DNA from: an uncultured Phycisphaerales bacterium | GTDB taxonomy: Bacteria; Planctomycetota; Phycisphaerae; Tepidisphaerales; Tepidisphaeraceae | Assembly: GCA_963755915.1 (NCBI GenBank) | Contig: CAVWLP010000002.1 | Location: 2,400,001 to 2,464,000 of the forward strand | Direction: 5' to 3' | DNA: 64,000 nt | In this document: in pieces, positions 11,011 to 21,461 of the stretch | Position numbering within the stretch: the stretch's first letter is position 1 | Layout of the letters: each line of letters starts with the position of its first letter | Notes under the pieces: generated by a model | Told to the model about the DNA's origin: nothing | Database searches by the model: none | What the model saw: the letters and a program-made list of their open reading frames with translations, nothing else | Made by a program: the position numbers and the translations under genes

Positions 11011-12318
11011 TTACTTTAGGGGGTAGAGGACCATTCCGGTGGCGAGCTTGGGGTAGAAGAAGGTGCTTTTGGGGGGCATCACCTCGTTGGTTTTTCCGAG
11101 CTCCTCTAGCGCGTGGAGGGGGGTGGATTTTAGGAGGAGGGCGATTTGGTATTTTTTTCCATCCGTCATGGGGGCTACTTCGGTGGAGTAGGCGGTGTAG
11201 CCGCGGCCGGGGTCATTCCCACCGGCGAATTTGGGTTTGAGAATTTGATCCAGGAGGTAGTGCTGGACGATGGCTACGTCGAGCTGACGCCAGGCGGGGG
11301 AATGTTTGGGCTCGGTGGTGCTTAATACGTCGCGGTTGGTGAAGGTGATTTGGTAGGTTTTGCGGGTTTGGCCGTCGAAGAGGCCGAAGGTGTTGGCGGG
11401 TTGGCGGGGGAGGAGGTCGTCGATGTAGTGAGGTAATTGGGACTCGGTGATATCTACCGGGGTGACGGTGGCTACGTTGGTGAGGGCGGATTTGAGGGCT
11501 TCCGCGCTGAAGTCTTTTAGGCCGGAGATGAGGCGGTGGGTGGGGAGGATGAGGAGGCCGTCGTCCTGCATGCCGACGAGGTTGAACATGCAGAAGTTGG
11601 CGGGGTGGGCGGGGGGGAGCTTTCCGCCGTTGGCGATGGCGGCTTCGGCTTGATATTGGAGGGCCATGGTGTAGCGGTGGTGGCCGTCGGCAATGTAGAT
11701 GGGGCGGGCGCCCATCAGGTCGATCACGGCATTTTCGGCTTCGCTGTCGATGACCGTCCAGAGGTCGTTGGTTACGCCGTTAAAGGTGGCGGTGATTTCG
11801 GGCTTGCTGAGATTTTTGTAGAGGGTGCTGGTGACCTGTGATTTGGGGTCGGAGAAGAGGCCGAAGACGGGGGAGAGTTGCATGTTGGTGGCGCGGGTGA
11901 GCTTGAGGCGGTCCTGGATGGCGTCGGGGTAGGTTTTTTCGTGGGGGACGACGTGGCCTTCGCCGAAGGGGCTGAGCTTGACGAGGACGATCATTCCGCG
12001 GCGGTGGAAGTGGCGGTCGGCGTGGGCATAGGTTTGGGAGTAGGCGTAAATCGCGGGCTTGGAATCCTTTTGCAGAACGCCGGCGGCGAGCCAGGATTGG
12101 AGGGTGTCGTTGGCCATGGCGTAGGCGGAGTCGGGGCCGACGGTTTTGGCGGGGAGATGGGGAAGATCGACGGTGACGATGTTTTGGGGGTGGGTGGATT
12201 GGAGGTTTCGTTTGCCGGCTTCGTCGAGGACGTCGTAGGGGGGTGCGATGAGATTGGAGAAGTCGGAACCGTTTTTGCGGGAATAGCGGACGCCGGCGAA
12301 GGGGCGGATTTGAGCCAC
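11011..12318 (-). CDS. DUF1015 family protein
   Basis: IRPFAG, APPYDV, VPHEKT, IADGHHRY, ILPTHR and MPPKSTFFYPKL. GTG start at 12318 with CAGGAG RBS. Confidence 0.9.
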   Translation of the reverse strand: MAQIRPFAGVRYSRKNGSDFSNLIAPPYDVLDEAGKRNLQSTHPQNIVTVDLPHLPAKTVGPDSAYAMANDTLQSWLAAGVLQKDSKPAIYAYSQTYAHADRHFHRRGMIVLVKLSPFGEGHVVPHEKTYPDAIQDRLKLTRATNMQLSPVFGLFSDPKSQVTSTLYKNLSKPEITATFNGVTNDLWTVIDSEAENAVIDLMGARPIYIADGHHRYTMALQYQAEAAIANGGKLPPAHPANFCMFNLVGMQDDGLLILPTHRLISGLKDFSAEALKSALTNVATVTPVDITESQLPHYIDDLLPRQPANTFGLFDGQTRKTYQITFTNRDVLSTTEPKHSPAWRQLDVAIVQHYLLDQILKPKFAGGNDPGRGYTAYSTEVAPMTDGKKYQIALLLKSTPLHALEELGKTNEVMPPKSTFFYPKLATGMVLYPLK

Positions 12319-12434
12319 GAAATACTCCTGTTGAATGGAGGGCAAGATACGGAATCTGGGATAAATTGTCATCTGGATTATCAGGGCGTCTATCGCGGCG
12401 AATATTGAGGACCGGTGGCCAAGTTTCTGATAGG

Positions 12435-12737
12435 ATGCAGGTCATGCATTTTTTGAGCTTCTTCCCATCTCTGCTCAGCCTGATATGCGTCATCGTGGCG
12501 CGCCGGTATGGATCACTTGAGTTTTTCCGACCCGTAGCGGTGATTCTTGGCATGTTGGCAGGGACAGGAGCTGTGATCTCGGCGGTGCTCGCGATTGGCC
12601 AAGACCATCTTCTGGTCGCTGGCGAATGGGGAAACCACGGTCTTCGCGAGCTGACGTTGTCGATCGCGTGCCTGGTTTTGGGTTTGATTATGCTTTGCGC
12701 GGGTGCTGCGGGGATATTCACGCGCCGAAGCGTCTGA
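12435..12737 (+). CDS. Hypothetical small membrane protein
   Basis: Three hydrophobic segments and it fills the gap between DUF1015 and ispH. Start uncertain (12435 or 12444). Confidence 0.45.
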   Translation: MQVMHFLSFFPSLLSLICVIVARRYGSLEFFRPVAVILGMLAGTGAVISAVLAIGQDHLLVAGEWGNHGLRELTLSIACLVLGLIMLCAGAAGIFTRRSV

Positions 12738-12813
12738 TTGCGATCGTTTATAACGCATGGCGATCAGGTTGTTTACCAGTGCAATCGCACATGGCTTGAA
12801 AAAATGGTGAAGA

Positions 12814-12852
12814 CCCCCACCCTGGCCCTCCCCCGGAGTACCAGGGGAGGGG
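12814..12852. repeat. C/G-rich REP-like hairpin family CCCYCACCC-N3-CCCTCYCCC...GGGRGAGGG (representative copy)
   Basis: Related copies near 9075-9131, 13971-14040, 29836-29878, 35776-35846, 51290-51334 and 51741-51780; all intergenic. Confidence 0.78.
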
Positions 12853-12933
12853 AGGATGGGGGAAATGCGATTGCCCTGGGTGGTTGACGCTACTTTTCAC
12901 AATCCTCGGCTTCCGATACCATTGCGAACCGAT

Positions 12934-13872
12934 ATGAAAATCATTCTTGCGAATCCGCGTGGTTTTTGTGCGGGCGTGAACATGGCCATCGAGACCGTTG
13001 ACAAGGTTTTGGCCATGAAGGGGCCGCCGGTTTATGTGTATCACGAAATCGTGCATAACCGGCACGTGGTGGATGGGTTCAGGAAGCGGGGGGTGACGTT
13101 TGTGGATGATATTGAGGAGGTGCCGGTGGGGGGGCTGGTGGTTTATAGCGCGCATGGGATTTCGCCGGAGGTGAGGCGGAAGTCGAAAGAGAGGCGGCTG
13201 GTGGAGGTGGATGCGACGTGTCCGCTGGTGACGAAGGTGCACATGGAAGTGCTGCGGTATGTGAGAGATGGATACACGATTATTTTCATCGGGCATCGAA
13301 AACATGATGAGGCGATCGGGACGGTGGGGGAGGCGCCGCATTCGATTATCGTGGTGGAGACGCCGGAGGAAGTGGCGAATTTGCAGGTGAAGCCTGGGGC
13401 GAAGCTGGCGTATGTGACGCAGACGACGCTGAGCGTTTCGGATGCGCAGCGGGTGATCGACGTGCTGAAGGCGCGGTTTCCGAATATTCGATATCCGGCC
13501 AAGGACGATATCTGCTATGCGACGACGAATCGCCAGAACGCGGTGACGGTGATGAGTCCGGACGTGGATCTGGTGCTGGTGATCGGGAGCAAGAACAGCT
13601 CGAACAGCCAGCGGCTGGTGGAGCGGGCGATCGAGGCGGGGAAGCCGGCGCATCTGATTGATGATGAGTCGGAGCTGGATCCGGCGTGGTTTGACGGGAA
13701 GAACGCGGTGCTGGTGACGGCGGGGGCTTCGGCGCCGGAGCATCTGGTGAGTGAGCTGGTGCACCGGCTGACGCGGGATTTTGGCGGAGAGATTGAGACG
13801 AGGACGCTGCTGGAAGAGGGGATATCGTTTGAGCTGCCGAAGTCGGTGAGGAGCCTGGCGGTAGTGGGGTGA
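12934..13872 (+). CDS. ispH: 4-hydroxy-3-methylbut-2-enyl diphosphate reductase
   Basis: PRGFCAGV, IVHN, SAHG, DATCPLVTKVH, TQTTLS, ICYATTNRQ, SSNS and TAGASAP. Confidence 0.97.
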   Translation: MKIILANPRGFCAGVNMAIETVDKVLAMKGPPVYVYHEIVHNRHVVDGFRKRGVTFVDDIEEVPVGGLVVYSAHGISPEVRRKSKERRLVEVDATCPLVTKVHMEVLRYVRDGYTIIFIGHRKHDEAIGTVGEAPHSIIVVETPEEVANLQVKPGAKLAYVTQTTLSVSDAQRVIDVLKARFPNIRYPAKDDICYATTNRQNAVTVMSPDVDLVLVIGSKNSSNSQRLVERAIEAGKPAHLIDDESELDPAWFDGKNAVLVTAGASAPEHLVSELVHRLTRDFGGEIETRTLLEEGISFELPKSVRSLAVVG

Positions 13873-14080
13873 TGAGCGAGAAATCCGAAACCCGAAATCC
13901 GAATGACGAATCAAATCCGAATGACGAAATCAGAATGGGTGTGCTGGAATCTCAACCGATAACAATTCGGCCCCCACCCTAACCCTCCCCTCTTCGAGCC
14001 TGAGCCTCAGAGCCGAAGGCCGGAGTACAAGGGGAGGGGATAAAGAGGGAGAGCTTGCAGTTGTTTTTTCAGAGGTTTTC

Positions 14081-14818
14081 ATGAAGGGCGTTATTCTTGC
14101 GGGTGGGACGGGTTCACGTCTTTTTCCGCTTACCAAGGTCACCAATAAGCATCTGCTGCCGGTTTATGACAAGCCGATGATTTATTATCCGCTGGAGTGT
14201 ATGGCCAAGGCGGGGATTGAAGAGGTGCTGCTGGTTACCGGGGGGAATAACAGCGGGGATTTTATTCGGCTGCTGGGGAATGGGCGGGATTTTGGGTTGA
14301 AGGATTTGAATTATACGTACCAGGAGGGAGCCGGCGGGATCGCCCAGGCGCTGGGGCTGGCAGAGCACTTTGCGGGGGGGGATAGCATGTGCCTGATTTT
14401 GGGGGATAACATTCTCGAATATACGATTCGGGAGGCTTGCGCGAAATTTGCGGAGCAGAAGGAGGGGGCGAAGATATTGCTGTCGCGGGTGGAAAATCCG
14501 CGGGCTTACGGCGTGGCGGAGATGGAGGGGGAGCGGGTGGTGCGGATCGTGGAGAAGCCGAGAGAGCCTAAGAGCGACTGGGCGGTGATCGGGATTTATT
14601 TCTACGACAAGAATGTGTTCGACATCGTGCGGAAATTGAAGCCTTCGGCGCGGAATGAGCTTGAGATTACCGATGTGAATAATGCGTATATTGAGCATGG
14701 GCATATGACGGCGGACAAGGTGCATGGGTTCTGGGCGGATGCGGGGGAGAACATCGATTTTTATCTAAAGGCGTGTAATACGGTGTCGAAGTGTGGGGCG
14801 AATAAGGAAGCGAAATAG
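14081..14818 (+). CDS. rfbA: Glucose-1-phosphate thymidylyltransferase (short form)
   Basis: GVILAGGTGSRLFPLT, KHLLPVYDKPMIYYPL, LGDNI, EKP and RNELEITDVN. Confidence 0.88.
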   Translation: MKGVILAGGTGSRLFPLTKVTNKHLLPVYDKPMIYYPLECMAKAGIEEVLLVTGGNNSGDFIRLLGNGRDFGLKDLNYTYQEGAGGIAQALGLAEHFAGGDSMCLILGDNILEYTIREACAKFAEQKEGAKILLSRVENPRAYGVAEMEGERVVRIVEKPREPKSDWAVIGIYFYDKNVFDIVRKLKPSARNELEITDVNNAYIEHGHMTADKVHGFWADAGENIDFYLKACNTVSKCGANKEAK

Positions 14819-14824
14819 CTTCCG

Positions 14825-15196
14825 ATGCGAGTTGTTGGGGTTCATCACGCGCAGATTACGGTTCCAAAAGTGAAAGAGGCGGAGGCGCGGGAATTTTATT
14901 GCGGGGTGATGGGGCTAAGTGAGATTGAGAAGCCGGCGTCGCTGGAAGGGCGCGGGGGGCTGTGGCTGGAAGTGGGGGATCGGCAATTGCATATCGGGGT
15001 GGAAGAGGGGGTGGAGCGGGGGGCGACGAAGGCGCATATTGCGTATGAGGTGGATGACGTGGGGGCGTGGAGGGAAACGCTTACCGGGCGGGGGGTGAAG
15101 ATTTTGGATTCGGTTGCGATACCGGGGTTTGAGCGGTTTGAGTTTCGGGATCCGTTTGGGAATCGGGTGGAGTTAATCCAGCGGGTATGTATTTGA
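14825..15196 (+). CDS. VOC/glyoxalase family protein
   Basis: HHAQIT...AREFY, QLHIG, HIAYEV and FRDPFGNRVEL. Confidence 0.9.
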   Translation: MRVVGVHHAQITVPKVKEAEAREFYCGVMGLSEIEKPASLEGRGGLWLEVGDRQLHIGVEEGVERGATKAHIAYEVDDVGAWRETLTGRGVKILDSVAIPGFERFEFRDPFGNRVELIQRVCI

Positions 15197-15313
15197 AGCG
15201 ATGTATCTGGGGCGGGGGACGCGCACCCCTGCGGGGTTGCGGCTAAACGGGGTGATTTACTGTAATATAGTTTTCACCGCGGAGAACGCGGAGAACGCTG
15301 AGATTTAAGAATA

Positions 15314-16336
15314 ATGCAAACCATTCTCGTGACCGGCGCGGCCGGGTTTATTGGGTGTAATTTTGTGAGGCTGCTGGCGCAGAAACGCGAGCCGGTGAAG
15401 ATTGTTGCGCTGGATAAGCTTACGTACTGCGGAAATTTGGCGAATCTTCAGGGCGTGCTCGGCGAGCAGGCGGTGTTTTTTCGCGGGGATATTTGCGATC
15501 CGGATTTGCTGGGGGCTATTCATGACGAGCATAAGTTTACGCAGATCGTGAATTTTGCGGCGGAGACGCATGTGGATCGGTCGATTCTGGGGTCGGGGCC
15601 GTTTGTGCAGGCGAATGTGGTGGGGACGCAGGTGCTGCTGGATTTTGCGCAGGCGCGGGGGATTGAGAAGCTTTTGCAGGTGGGGACCGATGAAGTTTAT
15701 GGAACACTGCCGGAGGATCGGCCGGAGATCAAGTTTACGGAGGAGACGGCGCTGCAGCCGAACAGTCCGTATAGCGCGAGCAAGGCGGCGGGGGATTGTC
15801 TGGTGCGGGCGTATTTTCATACGTTTAAATTGCCGGTGCTGATTACGCGGTGCAGTAATAATTATGGGCCGTATCAGTTTCCGGAAAAAGTCATTCCGCT
15901 GTTTGTCACGAATCTGATGGAGGGGAAGAAAGTGCCGTTGTATGGGGATGGGCTGAACATTCGCGACTGGCTGCACGTGGAGGATCATTGCGAGGCGATC
16001 TGGGCCGTTTTGTCCAAGGGGAAGTTTGGGGAAGTTTACAACGTGGGGGGTAATAATGAGATTACCAATCGGAAGATTACCGAGACGATTCTCAAGGAGA
16101 TGGGGAAGAATTGGGACGAGAGCGTGCAGTATGTGAAGGATCGGCCGGGGCACGATCGGCGGTATGCGATCGACGCGGGGAAGATTAAGCGCACGCTGGG
16201 GTGGGAACCGAAGCACCGGTTTGAGCAGTCGATCAAGACGACGATCCAGTGGTATAAGGATCATCGGGACTGGTGGGGGGCGATCAAGAGCGGGGAATAT
16301 CTGAAGTATTATGAGCAGCAATATGCGGGGCGATGA
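15314..16336 (+). CDS. rfbB: dTDP-glucose 4,6-dehydratase
   Basis: VTGAAGFIG, DKLTY, FAAETHVDRSI, TDEVYG, YSASKA, RCSNNYGPYQFPEK and DRPGHDRRY. Confidence 0.96.
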   Translation: MQTILVTGAAGFIGCNFVRLLAQKREPVKIVALDKLTYCGNLANLQGVLGEQAVFFRGDICDPDLLGAIHDEHKFTQIVNFAAETHVDRSILGSGPFVQANVVGTQVLLDFAQARGIEKLLQVGTDEVYGTLPEDRPEIKFTEETALQPNSPYSASKAAGDCLVRAYFHTFKLPVLITRCSNNYGPYQFPEKVIPLFVTNLMEGKKVPLYGDGLNIRDWLHVEDHCEAIWAVLSKGKFGEVYNVGGNNEITNRKITETILKEMGKNWDESVQYVKDRPGHDRRYAIDAGKIKRTLGWEPKHRFEQSIKTTIQWYKDHRDWWGAIKSGEYLKYYEQQYAGR

Positions 16337-16384
16337 AGAGATTGCCGATTGCCAATTGCCTATTGCCGATTGGAAAGTGATGTC

Positions 16385-16879
16385 ATGAGCGCGGGATCTG
16401 GAATTACTATCGACGCGGCGGTTCCATCCGATATACCGACTATTTTTGAATTCATCCGCGGGCTTGCCAAGTACGAAAATCTCTTGCACGAGATGGAGGC
16501 AACGGAGGCACTGCTGGAAGAGCATTTGTTCGGGGCTAGGCCGGCGGCGGAGGCAATTCTGGCGAGAACCGGGGGGACGGCGGTTGGATTTGCGCTTTAT
16601 TTCACGACCTATTCGACGTTCACGGGGAGGCCGGGGATCTGGCTGGAGGATTTGTATGTGCTGAGCGAGTATCGGCATCGGGGGATAGGGCGGGTGCTGC
16701 TGCGGGCTGTTGCGAAGATTGCGGTGGAGCGGAAGTGCGGGCGATTGGAGTGGTCGGTTCTGGATTGGAATGCGCCGGCACTTCGGGTATATCGCAAAAT
16801 CGGCGCGGTGCCGATGAGCGATTGGACGACGCAGCGGATGACGGGAGAGGCGCTTCAGCGGCTGGCGAGTAAAGGATGA
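16385..16879 (+). CDS. GNAT acetyltransferase (diamine/spermidine N-acetyltransferase-like)
   Basis: LAKYE, YSTFTGRPGIWLEDLYV, YRHRGIG and RLEWSVLDWN. Confidence 0.9.
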   Translation: MSAGSGITIDAAVPSDIPTIFEFIRGLAKYENLLHEMEATEALLEEHLFGARPAAEAILARTGGTAVGFALYFTTYSTFTGRPGIWLEDLYVLSEYRHRGIGRVLLRAVAKIAVERKCGRLEWSVLDWNAPALRVYRKIGAVPMSDWTTQRMTGEALQRLASKG

Positions 16880-17756
16880 GCGTTTACGACTCGGTTCATA
16901 TCGTCGGGGGGAAAGGGATGCTGGGGCATGCTCTGGCGGATCAACTTAACGCGCGGTCGCGGCGGTTTCTTACTCCGGATTTGCCGGAGATTGATATTAC
17001 GGATCCGCAGTCTTTGAAGAAGTATTTCGGGGAGCATAAGCCGACGCTGATTCTCAATTGTGCGGCGCATACGAAGGTGGATCAGTGTGAGCAGGAGAAG
17101 GAGAAGGCGGATGCGATCAATGGGCATGCGGTGGGGTATCTGGCATCGCTTTGCAAATTGGTGGGGGCGGTGCTGGTTCACATCAGCACGGATTTTGTAT
17201 TTGACGGTTCGCAGCGCCAGTCGTATCGGGTGGACGCGAAGCCAAATCCGCTTAGCGCCTATGGGAAGTCAAAACTGCTGGGAGAGATCGAATTGCAGAA
17301 GCATGCCCCGGCGCGATGGCTGATTGTGCGGACGGCGTGGTTGTATGGGCGTCATGGGCCTAATTTTCCGCGGACGATCGTGCAGGCGGGGCAGGCTGGA
17401 AAGCCGCTGACCGTGGTGAACGATCAGATGGGGTCGCCGACGTATACGGTCGATCTTGCCGGGGCGATCCTGGATTTGGTCGACAGCGGCGCCGGCGGGA
17501 TATTCCATGCGACCAATTCGGGGCAGACGACGTGGTTTGAATTTGCGAAAGCTGCGCTGGAGGATTTTGGGGTTCGGGCGGAAATTTCGCCGATTTCCAG
17601 CGCGGATTGGCGCAAAAACGGCCGGCGGCGGCGGTGCGGCCGGGGTATAGCGTGCTGGACATCGAGCCGCTGGAGCGTCAGATTGGGCGGCCGATGCGGC
17701 CTTGGCGGGAGGGGCTTAAGGATTATCGCGCGGCGGTGCAACGGGATGGTTTTTAG
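16876..17756 (+). CDS. rfbD: dTDP-4-dehydrorhamnose reductase (frameshift near 17618)
   Basis: GKGMLG, NCAAHTKVD, ISTDFVFDG, YGKSK and DQMGSPT. The alternative frame gives AVRPGYSVLD...MRPWREGL to TAG at 17756. Confidence 0.92.
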
Positions 17757-17793
17757 ACGAGTCGAGGCTCGGCTGATATACTTTGGCGCTCAG

Positions 17794-18218
17794 ATGAATC
17801 GTTCGGCCTGGTTGAGTTGGCATATTGCGTTTGGCCTTGCGGCGGTACTCCCAATCGTTGGCTGTCACGGGAATTCCGCGCCCTTGGAAGGGGTGGGGGA
17901 CGCGGCGGGGGCGCAGTTTGTCGTGAGCGGGGGGGTTGCGCATCCGGGGCGCGCGAGCTTCTCACGGGGGACAGCGTGGCAGTGATCGTCGCGGATGAAC
18001 TTACCGTTCCGCCGGGGAAGCCGACCACGATTGTGCTGATCCGGCAAGCGCCCGAGGGAAAGACGCGCGAGCTGATCCAGCTTGACGCGGATGGGCACCT
18101 GATGGATCCGAAGCAGGATTGGGCGTTGCGCAATGGGGATGAATTGGTTTTTCCGGGGGGAGCGGGGTCGGATTCTCTGCGGAATCCAACGGGGCCGCCA
18201 GCGCAGAGCGCGGATTGA
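17794..18218 (+). CDS. Putative lipoprotein with SLBB-like segment (frameshift near 17955)
   Basis: Signal peptide ending IVGC (lipobox-like), VSGGVAHPG, and LIRQ...LRNGDELVF in the second frame. Confidence 0.5.
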
Positions 18219-18229
18219 GATTCGCATTT

Positions 18230-20969
18230 CTATGCAGCGCCGAGGCGGCGGAGCGGGCTTGTCTGGCGGGCGGTTAGAAACTCATCAACTTGCGCGGCTG
18301 TCATGGGGCGGGCGTATATATATCCTTGGGCAACGGGGCAACCCAGCGACTGCAAAGTATCGGCCTGGTCGCCGGTTTCCACGCCTTCGGCGATGACGGG
18401 GATCTTGAGATTATTCGCCAGAGTGATGATGGCGCCGACCATGTCCTTGAAAGACTGGCCGCGACTCATGTTGGCGACAAAGGAGCGATCGATTTTGAGC
18501 ACGTCGATCGGTAATTGCTGGAGGCTGGCGAGTGATGAGACGCCAGTGCCGAAATCGTCCATGTCGATTTTGAAGCCCATGGCCTTGATCTTGCGAAGGG
18601 CGGGGCTGGTGAGATCGGCATCGGTCATGACGGTGCTTTCGGTGATCTCAAGATGAACGGCGGCGGGATGCACGCCGGCGGCGTGGGCGATGTTGTACAG
18701 GCGCTGCGCCAGGTCGGGGACGCTCAATTGCAGTCGCGAGAGGTTTACGCTGATCGAGGGGATGGCATCGCGGCCACGGGTTTTTTGCCAGGCGCCAAGC
18801 TGGGCACAGGCTTGGCGGAACGTCCATTCGCCGAGGGGGACGATGAGATGGGTTTCCTCGGCGATGGGGATGAATTCGGCCGGGGCGATCATGCCGAGGG
18901 AGGGGTGTTGCCAGCGAAGCAGGGCTTCGATTCCTTCGATGCGGCCGGTTTGAATCGAGACAATGGGCTGGAAGTGAAGGAGAAACTGCCCGGCGTCGAG
19001 GGCCTTGCGAAGGCCATTTTCCAATTCCAATTTGCGCTGGATGCGCGCGTGCGCATGGTCTCGTCAAAGACAGCGGCGCAGGCGCGGCCAGCATTTTTCG
19101 CTTCGTACATGGCGGTGTCGGCGTCGCGCAAAATATCTTCGGCGCACTCGTAATCAAACTCGCTGGTGACGATTCCGATGCTGGCGGTGCTGACGATCTC
19201 CTGCCCGGCGAGGCTAAAGGGGTTGCTGAGCGACTCAAGGATTCGCTGGGCGACGACGAGGGCGTCATCGGGCTTCTGGAGGAGGTCGAGAAGGATGACA
19301 AATTCATCGCCACCGAGGCGGCTGACGGTGTGCTCGCAACCGGCGCGGCCGATCAGGTCGACCGCGCGAACCGCGTGCTGGAGACGGGAGGAGATCTCGC
19401 GCAACAACTGGTCGCCGACGATGTGGCCGAAGTTGTCGTTCACCATCTTGAAGCGGTCGAAGTCGATGAAGAGGACGGCGAAGTTCATTTCCTTGAACCG
19501 TTTGTGGCGCTCGATGGCGTATTGGAGGCGGTCGAGGAGCATGGCGCGGTTGGGGAGAGTGGTGAGGCCGTCGCGGAGGGCGGCGGCGCGAAGCTGCTCT
19601 TCCATGGCCTTGCTCTGGGTGATGTCGCGGAAGCGCCAGATTCGACCGTAATATTCACCCCCCTTGCCGACAACGGGGGAGGAAAATCGCTCGAGGATAG
19701 TGCCGTCAACCAGTTCGATTTCGTCCTGGCTGGTTTCGCGGGGATGGTGGTAGAGATACTGGACCCGCTCGGCGAATTTCTGGGGGTTTTTGACGCGGCT
19801 GATGACAAAGTTCAACTGCCGGCTGTCGTCGATGTCGTCGGCATATTCCTGGGGGATTTTCCAGAGGCTGACGCAGGCCTTGTTCTGGTGGACTTTTCTG
19901 CCTTCGCTGTCGATGACGAGCAGGCCGTCGGCGGAGGAATCGGCCTGGGCTTCGAAGAATGCGGTTCGCCAGCGCAGTGCGTCTTCGGCGGATTTGTGCT
20001 CGATGGCGATGGAGGCGAACTGGCGGGGCGGGGTAATGATGGAGAGGTCGTCGGCGTTGAAGGAATGGGGGCGGCGTTTGTACATGGCGAAGGTTCCCAG
20101 GACGCGGCCGTCGCTGCCGACGATGGGATCGGACCAGCAGGCGCCCGATCCGGCGCGGGCGGCGAGTTCTTTGAATTTTGCCCACTTGGGATCGGTCTGG
20201 AGGTTCTGGCAGACGACGCGTTTTCCGGACCAGGCGGCGGTGCCGCAGGAGCCGACGTCGGGGCCGATCAGGATGCCGTTGATGGCTTCGTTGTAAAACG
20301 CGGGAAGGCTGGGGGCGCTGCCGTTCATCAATCTGGTTCCGGTTTTGTCGAGCAGGAGGATCGAGCAGAGCATTTTTGGATTTTCTGCTTCGATGCCGCG
20401 GACGATGGTTTCCAGAATCGCCGGCAGGGGGGTGCCTCCGGCGATGAGGGCGAGGGTTCGCGCAGGGCGGTTTCGCGGGCCTCGGCGACCTTGTAATCAT
20501 GAATGTCGACGAGGGACCCCGCGACGCGAACCGGGTTCCAGACGGCGTCGCGCTGCGCGGCGCCCTGCACGCGGAACCATCGGAACCCGGCCAGGACGGT
20601 TCGGAGCCTGAATTCAAAATCGAGTTGACAGGAGGTTGCCAGGTGCCGATTGAACGCGTCGATGGTGCGGCGGAGGTCGCGGGGATGAATCCGGCGGACC
20701 AATTGGTAAAGGGTCAGCGGGGGGGCGTCGTCATTTTCCGGGAGGTCCAGAAGCTCGCGGAATCTGCCGGTCGTCCAGATGCGGTCGTCGCCGACTTTCC
20801 AATCCCAGAGCCCGTCACCGCTGCCGCTGATGATAGCGTTAAAGCGGTCGGTGGAATCGCGGGCGCTGCGTCGGCTGAGGCCGGTTTGAGGGGGGAATTT
20901 TCGAAAGGAGTCATCCAGCTCCGCCGCTTTAGCGCCCGGTCGCGAATCGTGGGGCCATGACGTGATCAT
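18230..20969 (-). CDS. PAS/GAF/GGDEF/EAL c-di-GMP signalling protein (at least two frameshifts)
   Basis: PAS (DGLWDW...RIHPRD), GAF (GSCGTAA), DGLTTLPNR, LGGDEF, IEALLRW, DDFGTG, LKIDRSF and AEGVET across ORFs 20328..21017, 18889..20373 and 18230..19030. Confidence 0.92.
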
Positions 20970-21111
20970 GGGACGGAACCCCAGCGGTCGCCCACGTTTG
21001 TAGTATCGGCCGGCCAAAGAGCGTTATTAGTTTGTGTGATTGAAATGACAGCCGGCGGCGAAGGTCCGATAATTCGATGTCCGGGAGCAGGTGAAGCAAT
21101 CGTCACATTTA

Positions 21112-21288
21112 TCAAACGCTTGCGCCCCGGCCCAGAACCAGATACAGGATCGGCCCAAGCAGAGGAAGGAGCAGGACGAGAATCACCCAGATGAGCTTCA
21201 TGCCCGTATCGAGCGAGCTGGTGACGATGAGATAGATGACGTAGATGTCGAGGATGAAAATGAGCAGAGCGGCCAAGCCATAGAACAT
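21112..21288 (-). CDS. Small PLDc_N-domain membrane protein, 58 aa (not in the ORF track)
   Basis: Manual translation MFYGLAALLIFILDIYVIYLIVTSSLDTGMKLIWVILVLLLPLLGPILYLVLGRGASV*, with the K-x-x-W...LP-x-x-G-x-x-L-Y signature and a GGAG RBS. Confidence 0.82.
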   Translation of the reverse strand: MFYGLAALLIFILDIYVIYLIVTSSLDTGMKLIWVILVLLLPLLGPILYLVLGRGASV

Positions 21289-21461
21289 GCGGTTCTCCGT
21301 CTTGAGAGAGGGGATTATAGCGGAGGAACGGCGCGGGCGGGCGTTAATATTTGCGGCAATTTATTTTTGTGCGGGGCAGGAGGGCGCGAATGGGTCTGGT
21401 GATATCGGAATCAGGGGACGACTGCTTGGCGTTGTGGGGGATCAATTTTATCATTCCATCC

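Noticed and set aside
16876-17985. RfbD fused to a lipoprotein
   Set aside because: A frameshift near 17618 explains it; the true RfbD ends at 17756.
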